A DNA stretch of 64,000 bases, taken from positions 2,784,001 through 2,848,000 of the forward strand of contig CAWJET010000001.1 of the NCBI GenBank assembly GCA_963842085.1, in the 5' to 3' direction. The notes beneath the pieces were generated by a model. It was not told the DNA's origin, searched no databases, and saw only the letters and a list, made by a program, of their open reading frames with translations. The DNA comes from an uncultured delta proteobacterium. Lineage in GTDB: Bacteria > Desulfobacterota > Binatia > Binatales > Binataceae. Position numbers and translations under genes: made by a program. Positions 39,052-46,701 of this stretch are shown here, one piece after another; positions within the stretch are counted from its first letter, which is position 1, and the number at the start of each line of letters is the position of its first letter.

Positions 39052-40287
39052 CTAACCGAGTGTCCCCGAGACTTTGAGACGCGCGATCTCGTCCCAGGTC
39101 AGGCCCATTTCGAGCGCAACTTCCTCGGTATGCTGGCCGAGTTCGGGCGCGGCGCGATGCGGTTGCAAAGGGGTGTCGCCAAACTCGACAGGGCTGTTCA
39201 CGACGCGGCATCCAGGAATGTTCGGATGGTCAACAGGCGCGAAAGCGCCGATGGCGGCGGCCTGGGGATCGTCGAGCACTTCGGCGTCGGTGCGGACGGG
39301 CGCCCAGACGAGATTGTAGCGGTCGAAAATCGGCGCCCACTCGTCGGAGGTTCGCGCGGCAACGGCGCGATCGATCTCGCCGGTGAGCGCGGCGCAGTTT
39401 TGCACGCGAGCGGTCGAGTCCTTGAAGCGCGGATCGTCGAGCCACTCCGGTTTGCCGAGCGCGCGGCAGAAATCCGGCCAGTGCCGATCGCTCTGGATCA
39501 TCACGAAGTAAATCCATCGCGCGTCGGCGCATCGATAGGAACTCCACAGCGGATTCACTCGCTGCGTGCGCGACTCGGATTGGGGCGAGCGGCCGGTCAT
39601 GAGGCCGACGGTGAGATCGGACGCGTTCATCCAGAGGCCCATCGAGAACAGCGAGATGTTGACCTCGCGGCCGCGGCCGGTGCGCTCGCGCGCGAGCAGC
39701 GCGGCAGAGATTGCGCCCGCAAGGCCGAGGCCGACGGCGTGATCGATCATCGCGGGACGCTGCGCGGGCGGCGACTGTCCGGGCTCGGCGATCGTCGCCA
39801 TCAGGCCGGAACGCGCCCACGCGGCGGCGTAGTCGTAGGCGGAGCGATTGCGGTCGGGGCCGCGATGCCCATAGCCGTTGATCGACGCATAGACGAGGCG
39901 AGGATTCTTCGCGGATAGAGTTGCGTAGTCGAGTTTCATCCGCTCGATGGCGTCGAGGCGCAGGCTGGTGACGAAGACGTCGGCGTGTTCGATGAGCTTG
40001 AGCGCGAAGCTGTGGCCGTCTGCCGTGCGCAAGTCGACGGCGACGGAGCGTTTGTTGCGATTGTCGAGCTCGAACGGCGGACGGATGCGGGCGTTGGGGT
40101 CGCCCATCGTGCGCGTGACAAAGCCGCGAATCGGATCGCCGGCAGTAGGGTCTTCGAGCTTGATGACATCGGCGCCCCAGTCGCCGAGCACGGCGGTGGT
40201 GGACGGGCCGGCGACCCACATCGCAACTTCGACGACCCTGACGCCCTGCAGCGGACGCTCCATCGCATCGGTCTCCTTCGCCTGCAT
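39052..40287 (-). CDS. CaiB/BaiF family III CoA-transferase
   Basis: PLQGVRVVE, GADVIKLE, NRNKRSVAVDL, MIDHAVG, APELGQHT. Confidence 0.95.
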   Translation of the reverse strand: MQAKETDAMERPLQGVRVVEVAMWVAGPSTTAVLGDWGADVIKLEDPTAGDPIRGFVTRTMGDPNARIRPPFELDNRNKRSVAVDLRTADGHSFALKLIEHADVFVTSLRLDAIERMKLDYATLSAKNPRLVYASINGYGHRGPDRNRSAYDYAAAWARSGLMATIAEPGQSPPAQRPAMIDHAVGLGLAGAISAALLARERTGRGREVNISLFSMGLWMNASDLTVGLMTGRSPQSESRTQRVNPLWSSYRCADARWIYFVMIQSDRHWPDFCRALGKPEWLDDPRFKDSTARVQNCAALTGEIDRAVAARTSDEWAPIFDRYNLVWAPVRTDAEVLDDPQAAAIGAFAPVDHPNIPGCRVVNSPVEFGDTPLQPHRAAPELGQHTEEVALEMGLTWDEIARLKVSGTLG

Positions 40288-40378
40288 GAGACCAAATTGG
40301 TATCAGGAGTGGGCGAAGGAATGAAACAGTGCGCGGACGTGTCCGCGCGCGGATCGAGCAGGCGATTGGATGAGAGCG

Positions 40379-40825
40379 CTAGCGGGCGCGGGTGGCGCGG
40401 TGCATCTTGCGCGGATCACGCCGGCGCACGCGATTGACGGTCAGGCGTTGCATCCGGCTCGCCTCCTTCAGGCGCAGGCGCATCGGATCGCCGCCGCGTC
40501 CTGCGACCAGCTCCGAAAGGCGCCAGCGCAAGCCCTGGGCGTCGATGCCGAGCGCGTCGCATACGTTGTCAAACGACAGCGGACAAGTGACGCCTTTGGT
40601 GAAAAACCAGTTCCAGGCTTCGTGGAACGAGTTGCGTTTGCGCAGGCTGTTCGAGCCGCCGAATTCCTGCACGATGTTGATCGCGTCGGCCAGCACCGCG
40701 AGCATCAGGCGCTGCTCGCTGGAAAGCGATCGCGTGCCGACCATCTCGAAGAACTGGCTGCGAAGTATAACGTCGGGAAAGGGGCGTGGATCGGCGGCGG
40801 CGATAGTGGGGACGACGGTACTCAT
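40379..40825 (-). CDS. Conserved hypothetical protein
   Basis: EQRLMLAVLADAI...AWNWFF...PLSFDNVCDALGID pattern; GGAGGA RBS; basic tail. Confidence 0.75.
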   Translation of the reverse strand: MSTVVPTIAAADPRPFPDVILRSQFFEMVGTRSLSSEQRLMLAVLADAINIVQEFGGSNSLRKRNSFHEAWNWFFTKGVTCPLSFDNVCDALGIDAQGLRWRLSELVAGRGGDPMRLRLKEASRMQRLTVNRVRRRDPRKMHRATRAR

Positions 40826-41201
40826 TGTTCAGCTTCCTCCCTCCCCCGAGCGAAGAGCTTGAACCTGAAAAATTTGAGGCACGAGATGGATCAACAGCAA
40901 CATCTCTTATGCGACGCCCCTTTCCGTCTAATAAACGGTGACGGAGAGCAAGAAACTTAGTGAGAACGGTGACTCATTGCAAGAGAAAAGTCAGAGCGTA
41001 AATTCGCCGTTGCGAGCTTTGGATAAGCAAAATTTGTCCGGCGATAATGCCAAAATTAGCGTAAGAGCGACGCTGAGCATCGCCACAAGGTCGCCGGACG
41101 ATCGTGCGCAACCGCGCGAAGTGGCCTTGTTATCGATACCAGCGAGCGGTCTGCTATAGTTGCATTTACGACAACCAGCAGCAGCGACAGGAGCATCGAC
41201 G

Positions 41202-41534
41202 ATGGCTGATTTCTACGGCAAGGAAACCTCGAAGTATCTCCGCAACCTGCGCCAGAATGCGCCCGACCAGTTCAAGGGCTTCCTGGACTTCGACAAGGAA
41301 GTCTTCAAGGACGGCGCGATTCCGAGCAAGACCAAAGAGCTGATGGCGATTACGGCGGCGCATGTTACGCAATGCCCGTGGTGTATCGAGGCGCACGTCG
41401 CGCGCGCGAAAGAGAAAGGATGCACCGACCAGGAGATAGCGGAGGCGGTGTGGGTTGCGGCGGCGATGCGCGCGGGCGCGGCGTTCAGTCATGGCGCGAT
41501 CGCGATGGCGGTGGCGGAAGAGCACAAGCACTAG
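41202..41534 (+). CDS. Carboxymuconolactone decarboxylase / AhpD-like protein
   Basis: KTKELMA...QCPWCIEAH (CxxC..H). AGGAG RBS; TGCTATAGT extended -10 at 41152-41160. Confidence 0.9.
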   Translation: MADFYGKETSKYLRNLRQNAPDQFKGFLDFDKEVFKDGAIPSKTKELMAITAAHVTQCPWCIEAHVARAKEKGCTDQEIAEAVWVAAAMRAGAAFSHGAIAMAVAEEHKH

Positions 41535-41567
41535 CAAGCGTCGCACGCATTCGGCAGCATAGGTGGA

Positions 41568-42725
41568 ATGGATCAAGCGCGAAAAGATCGGAAGACACGG
41601 CAGATAGCGATCGGCAGCACCAAGGTTGGCGGCGACGCGCCGGTGGTGGTGCAATCGATGTGCGCGACGCGGACGATCGACGTCGACGAGACCGTCGCGC
41701 AGGCGCATCAGCTGGCGAATGCGGGCGCGGGAATCGTCCGGATCGCGATGGACAGCGAGAAGGAACTCCCGGCGCTGAAGGAAATCCGCAAACAGACGAA
41801 GGGAGTCGTGCTGTCGGTCGATTTGCAGGAGAACTACAAAATCGCAGACCGCGTCGCGCCCCACGTCGACAAGATTCGCTACAACCCGGGCCATCTGCAC
41901 CATATCGAGAAGTCGAAGACGATCGAGCAGAAGGTGAAATGGCTGGTCGATGTGGCGCGGGACAACGACGTCGCGATCCGGATCGGCGTCAACTGCGGGT
42001 CGGTGGCGCCGGCATTCCTGGACAAGTACCCCGGCGATCAACTCGCTGCGATCGTCGAGTCGGCCGCGTACCATTGCGCCCTGATGGACGAGCTCGGCTT
42101 CACGCGCTTCGTCGTGTCGCTGAAGGATTCCGATCCGATCAAGGTGATGGACGTGAACCGGCGCTTCTCGAAACGGCGCCCTGACGTGCCGATTCACCTG
42201 GGCGTCACCGAGGCGGGATTGCCGCCCGACGGAATCATCAAGACGCGGATAGCGTTCGAGAAGCTGCTCGCGCAGAGTATCGGCGATACGATCCGCGTCT
42301 CGCTGACGTTGCCCAACGAGCGCAAGCACGAGGAAGTGCTCGTCGGGCATAAGATTATCGAGGACGTCGCGGCGGGCAGGTTCATCTCGGTGCCCGACTT
42401 CGGTGCGGGGCTGAATATCATCTCGTGTCCGTCGTGCTCCCGCGTCGAGAACATGAAGTTCGTCGAGCTGGCGCAGCAGGTCAAGGAACTCACGACCTAC
42501 GCCGAGAAGTACAAGATCACGATTGCGATCATGGGATGCCGGGTGAACGGGCCGGGCGAGACCGACGACGCCGACCTTGGGTTGTGGTGCGGTCCGACGA
42601 CGGTGAATCTCAAGAAGAAGGATCACAAGCTGGGTTACTTCGGCTACGAAGAAGTGCTGCCCAAGCTCCGCGCCGAACTGGACCGGCTGATCGCCGAGCG
42701 CAGTTCGGCTTCTACCGCCAGCTAA
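41568..42725 (+). CDS. ispG: (E)-4-hydroxy-3-methylbut-2-enyl-diphosphate synthase
   Basis: [52 protein letters not shown]. Confidence 0.97.
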   Translation: MDQARKDRKTRQIAIGSTKVGGDAPVVVQSMCATRTIDVDETVAQAHQLANAGAGIVRIAMDSEKELPALKEIRKQTKGVVLSVDLQENYKIADRVAPHVDKIRYNPGHLHHIEKSKTIEQKVKWLVDVARDNDVAIRIGVNCGSVAPAFLDKYPGDQLAAIVESAAYHCALMDELGFTRFVVSLKDSDPIKVMDVNRRFSKRRPDVPIHLGVTEAGLPPDGIIKTRIAFEKLLAQSIGDTIRVSLTLPNERKHEEVLVGHKIIEDVAAGRFISVPDFGAGLNIISCPSCSRVENMKFVELAQQVKELTTYAEKYKITIAIMGCRVNGPGETDDADLGLWCGPTTVNLKKKDHKLGYFGYEEVLPKLRAELDRLIAERSSASTAS

Positions 42726-42736
42726 GCGCCCTCAAT

Positions 42737-43216
42737 TCAGCAAGACGACAGGAAGTCCGCGATCTCACGATCGCTGGTCAATCTGCGGACGGGGACGTTC
42801 GGCCCATATTTGATTCGCTGCGCTTCGATCTGCGGACGGTTGAGTCGGTCGAAACTCCGGATGAAGCGCAGCACCTTGGACAAGTCCCCAATTCGATGGT
42901 GCTCGCCGGGCTGAAACACGCGAGTGATCGCGCGCGCGGCGCAGAACAGCTTTGGGCGGTCGAGCCAGATCACGAGAGTGGCGCGAGTTAGACGGATGTC
43001 GAAGGTCGCGGCTGCAAAGTTACCGTCGCTGATCCACGTTTCCCCGGCGTGAGCTTCCTTGATCAATGTGCGGAAAGTGAGGACGTCACCTTTGGTCCAA
43101 TTCGGCTGCCAGATTTCGTCGAGGCAAATCACGGGCGCACCAGTGCGCGCGCTGAGCCGTCGCGCGAAGGTAGTTTTGCCGCTGCCGGCGCGGCCGAGGA
43201 TCACGATTCGCGACAT
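42737..43216 (-). CDS. Adenylate-kinase-like P-loop protein (FlaR/topology modulation family)
   Basis: RIVILGRAGSGKTTFA, LDEIW, WISDGN. Confidence 0.85.
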   Translation of the reverse strand: MSRIVILGRAGSGKTTFARRLSARTGAPVICLDEIWQPNWTKGDVLTFRTLIKEAHAGETWISDGNFAAATFDIRLTRATLVIWLDRPKLFCAARAITRVFQPGEHHRIGDLSKVLRFIRSFDRLNRPQIEAQRIKYGPNVPVRRLTSDREIADFLSSC

Positions 43217-43242
43217 TAGAGATTGGGCTCACATCGCGGAAC

Positions 43243-43396
43243 CCTCACCGCTGACCGCGTTGCGGTCAGCCGCCTCTGCCGTGAAATAACGGGTGAGGTG
43301 AAGACGCGGAACAAGAATCTTGAATCGCGCGCGGAAGGAATCGCGCGCTGAATAATGACCCTCACCTTCATCCTCTCCCTTGCAGGGAGAGGGGAA
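43243..43396. repeat. REP/BoxC-like cluster; second copy of the ~96-bp element at 11972
   Basis: AAGACGCGGA...GAATCTTGAATCGCGCGCG...TCGCGCGCTGAATAA.GACCCTCACCTTC.TCCTCTCCCTTG.AGGGAGAGGGGAA is shared with 11972-12068. It is preceded by a CTCACC...GGTGAG hairpin. Confidence 0.85.
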
Positions 43397-43430
43397 AAGT
43401 GCGAGCCAAATCCTGCCGCAGAAAGAGTTC

Positions 43431-44081
43431 TCAGATCTTCTGGTTGGTTTTGCGCCAGTCGGCGAGGAAACGCTCTAGGCCTAGATCTGTCAGTGGGTGA
43501 TGAAGCGTCTGTTTGAGCACTGCGAACGGGACGGTTGCGATGTCGGCGCCGACCGCGGCTGCGCGCAGCAGGTGCGACGTGTTGCGCACCGACGCTACCA
43601 GCACTTCGGCCGGGTAGTCGTAGTTCGACAGTATCTGCACCATATCCTCGACGATAGCGAAGCCATCCTGTCCGATGTCATCGAGGCGTCCGATAAACGG
43701 CGACAGGAATGAGGCGCCGACCTTGGCCGCCGCCAGCGCCTGCAACGGCGTGAAGATGAGTGTAACGTTGACGCGGATGCCGCGTTTGGCGAGCGCGTGG
43801 GTCGCTTTCAGCCCTTCGATGATCATCGGGCACTTGACGACGATGTTCTTGTGGACCTTGGCGAGTTTCTCGCCTTCTTCGATCATGGCGGATGCTTCAG
43901 TGGCGACGACTTCGGCGCTGATCGGGCCGTCGACGATTTCGCAAATCTCGCGCAGCACGTCGTGGTACGGGCGGCCGGTTTTCGCCATCAGCGACGGATT
44001 GGTGGTGACGCCGTCGATGATTCCCCAACTGGCGGCCTCGCGAATCTCGGCGACTTCCGCGGTATCGATAAAATATTTCAT
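43431..44081 (-). CDS. tal: Transaldolase (small TalC/Fsa-type)
   Basis: [18 protein letters not shown] (Glu), VVKCP (Schiff-base Lys), SPFIGR. Glu plus Phe favour transaldolase over FSA. Confidence 0.92.
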   Translation of the reverse strand: MKYFIDTAEVAEIREAASWGIIDGVTTNPSLMAKTGRPYHDVLREICEIVDGPISAEVVATEASAMIEEGEKLAKVHKNIVVKCPMIIEGLKATHALAKRGIRVNVTLIFTPLQALAAAKVGASFLSPFIGRLDDIGQDGFAIVEDMVQILSNYDYPAEVLVASVRNTSHLLRAAAVGADIATVPFAVLKQTLHHPLTDLGLERFLADWRKTNQKI

Positions 44082-44629
44082 CGGGATGCCTCTTTTTTGG
44101 ATGGTTGCGGCCTCAGCAGGTCTGCTCTTGCAAGAGTAACACGAAACGGCGACTTAAGTCCCGCGAGCATTTCGGAAATCGAGGCGTTGAGCTTGGGATG
44201 AATCAGCGCGGGCGCCAGCTCGCTCATCGGAGCGAGCACGAAGCGGCGCTCATGCAGTCGCGGATGCGGCACTTTAAGGATCCGCGTGTCGATCATTTCT
44301 TTGTTGAAGAACAGCAGATCGAGGTCGATGATCCGCGCCCGGTATTTGCCGCGGGTCTGCTTGCGGCCCTTGACGCGCTTACGGCCCATGATTCGCTCGA
44401 TCGCGAGCAGCCGGCGCATCAGGACTTCGGCCGGGAGCTCGGTCTCGACCTCGATAACGCCGTTGAGAAATGCGCCCTTGAGATCGCCCATCGGTTCGGT
44501 CTCGTAGATCGAGGATTGGCGCACGACCCTCGTGTCCGGGATCGCAGCGATCCGTTGAATCGCCTCGCGATAATTGGCGGCTCGATCGCCTAGATTACTG
44601 CCGATTCCGATGAAAGCCCGATGGGGCAT
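44078..44629 (-). CDS. folK: 2-amino-4-hydroxy-6-hydroxymethyldihydropteridine diphosphokinase
   Basis: [30 protein letters not shown]. Confidence 0.96.
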   Translation of the reverse strand: MPHRAFIGIGSNLGDRAANYREAIQRIAAIPDTRVVRQSSIYETEPMGDLKGAFLNGVIEVETELPAEVLMRRLLAIERIMGRKRVKGRKQTRGKYRARIIDLDLLFFNKEMIDTRILKVPHPRLHERRFVLAPMSELAPALIHPKLNASISEMLAGLKSPFRVTLARADLLRPQPSKKEASR

Positions 44630-44637
44630 CCTCGCCG

Positions 44638-45801
44638 TTACAACCGCAGCGCTTTTAGCCGGTCCACCGCCTCGACCAACCGTCCGCTCGTAAGTGAAAA
44701 GCGGACGTATCCCTCACCACCCTTGCCGAATCCGGAGCCGGGCGTGATTGCGACGCCGGCTTCCTTCAACACGCGCTCGGTAAATGAAACCGAGGTGTAA
44801 CCACGCGGAGCTCTGGTCCAGACGTAAAAGGTTGCGCGCGGCTTTTCGCATTCAAGGCCAAGCGCACGGAGCGAGCCGACCAGCAAGTCGCGGCGTTCCT
44901 TGTAGATTGCGCAATATTCGGCGAGCTTGTCGCCGTCGCCCCCTTCCAGCCCGGTGATGGCGGCTTCCTGCACGGCCTGGAAAACGCCCGAATCCATATT
45001 GGTCTTGACCCTGCCGAGCGCGCCGATCAACTGCGCGTTGCCGATGGCGAAGCCGACGCGCCATCCAGTCATCGAGAAGGTCTTGGACAGCGAGTGGAAT
45101 TCGATTGCGCAATCGCGCGAGCCCTCGGCCTCGAACACGCTCGGGGCGCGATAGCCGTCGTAGGCAATTTCGGAGTAGGCGCTGTCGTGGGCCAGGATGA
45201 CGTCGTGCTTGAGGCAGAATTTGACCGCGTCCTGGAAGAACGAGAGGTCAACCGTCGCGGCGGTTGGATTGTTGGGATAGTTCAGCCACAGCATCTTCGC
45301 GCGGCGCGCGATTTCAGCGGGAATCGAGGCGAGGTCGGGAACGAATCCGTTTTCCTTTCTGAGCGGCAGGAAATACGGTTCGCCGCCATTGAAGACGCAT
45401 CCCGAGTAGTACACCGGGTAGCCGGGATCGGGAATCAGTACGATGTCGCCCGGATCGACGACGGCGGTCGCGAAGTTCGCGATGCCTTCCTTGGAGCCGA
45501 TCAGGGCGCAGACCTCGCGCTGAGGGTCGAAGCTGACGCCGAAACGCCGCTGGTACCATTGCGCGGAGGCCTGACGAAATTGCGGCAGGCCTTCGTAGTC
45601 CGGATAGCGGTGATTTATCGGGTCGTCGGCGGCGCGCTTGAGACTCTCGACGATGTGACGCGGCGTGGGCAGGTCGGGATCGCCGATCGAGAGACTGATG
45701 ACGTCAACGCCTCTGCTTGCGACCTCCTTCTTCAGGCGGTCAAGTTCGGCGAAAAGGTAGGGCGGCAAAAGACCCAGTCGAGAAGCAGTCTTGATTTGCA
45801 C
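44638..45801 (-). CDS. dapL: LL-diaminopimelate aminotransferase (class I PLP)
   Basis: PPYLFAEL, IGSKEGIA, NYPNNPT, HDSAYSE, HSLSKTFSMTGWRVG; GTG start. Confidence 0.85.
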   Translation of the reverse strand: MQIKTASRLGLLPPYLFAELDRLKKEVASRGVDVISLSIGDPDLPTPRHIVESLKRAADDPINHRYPDYEGLPQFRQASAQWYQRRFGVSFDPQREVCALIGSKEGIANFATAVVDPGDIVLIPDPGYPVYYSGCVFNGGEPYFLPLRKENGFVPDLASIPAEIARRAKMLWLNYPNNPTAATVDLSFFQDAVKFCLKHDVILAHDSAYSEIAYDGYRAPSVFEAEGSRDCAIEFHSLSKTFSMTGWRVGFAIGNAQLIGALGRVKTNMDSGVFQAVQEAAITGLEGGDGDKLAEYCAIYKERRDLLVGSLRALGLECEKPRATFYVWTRAPRGYTSVSFTERVLKEAGVAITPGSGFGKGGEGYVRFSLTSGRLVEAVDRLKALRL

Positions 45802-45945
45802 CTGTCGAAACAGCCTTTAGACCACAGTGACCAAGACGTAAGTAACATACTTTCCGAGGCGTCGGAACTACCTGTTGCGATAAATCGGCTTTCTCGCACA
45901 ATGGAAATCCACAGGTGGGCGCGACGATTCCAAGATTCAGCACGG

Positions 45946-45967
45946 CAAGCAACATTAATTTTGCTTG
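45946..45967. promoter_or_regulatory. Inverted repeat between divergent dapL and actA
   Basis: CAAGCAA-CATTAATT-TTGCTTG. Confidence 0.45.
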
Positions 45968-46182
45968 ATTCAGAACGACCTTATTGTTAGAAATTTTTAA
46001 TTCCCGAACGATGGCGCAGTGGCGCGGTTTGGGATTATTCAGTGAGAAACGCGTTTGCCTGGTTGAGTGGCATTGCCTTTTCTTAGGATACGGTTGGTTG
46101 TTCGACGATGAGTTCCGACTTGCCTGGCGTTTCATCGTTGAATCGCACTGAGCGGTCGTAGCCTCAGGGCCTGATCGTCAGC

Positions 46183-46701
46183 ATGAACCGGATATTGCTT
46201 GTACTTGCCCTGTCGACGGTCCTTTTTGGCGGGGCCGTGATCGCGCTGTCGGAGCGGCCATGGGCGCCGCGCGCTGACGTAGTCCAGCCGATCCCGTTCA
46301 GCCATCGGATACACGCCGGGGAGAACAAGATTCCCTGTCAGTACTGTCATGCCGACGCCAGCCGCTCGTCCGAACCGGGGATTCCGGCGGTTAGAAGGTG
46401 CGTGGGATGCCATGGCGACCGCCTTGTGGGCGGCGGCGGAATCGAGCCGGTGACGCGGCCGTGGACGGACGACACGCCGGCGGCGTTCGAGATTCAGTGG
46501 AATCGCGTTTACACACTGCCCGATTTCGTGCGGTTTACCCATCGGCCGCATATTCACGCCAAGGTGCAATGCCAGACTTGTCACGGCCCGGTGCAAACGA
46601 TGGATCGGGTGGTGCCGGCGTTTGAAATCAACATGGGCTTCTGCGTGGACTGTCACACGAAAAAGAAAGCGACGCTCGACTGTGTGGACTGTCATCACTG
46701 A
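46183..46701 (+). CDS. actA: Alternative complex III pentaheme cytochrome c subunit
   Basis: N-terminal TM; five CxxCH (CQYCH, CVGCH, CQTCH, CVDCH, CVDCH); QPIPFSHRIHAG; WNRVYTLPDFVRFTH. Confidence 0.92.
   Translation: MNRILLVLALSTVLFGGAVIALSERPWAPRADVVQPIPFSHRIHAGENKIPCQYCHADASRSSEPGIPAVRRCVGCHGDRLVGGGGIEPVTRPWTDDTPAAFEIQWNRVYTLPDFVRFTHRPHIHAKVQCQTCHGPVQTMDRVVPAFEINMGFCVDCHTKKKATLDCVDCHH

Noticed and set aside
46067-46083. GTGGCATTGCCTTTTCT as a sigma-54 promoter for actA
   Set aside because: The -24 half is good but -12 reads TC instead of GC; not supportable without TSS data.
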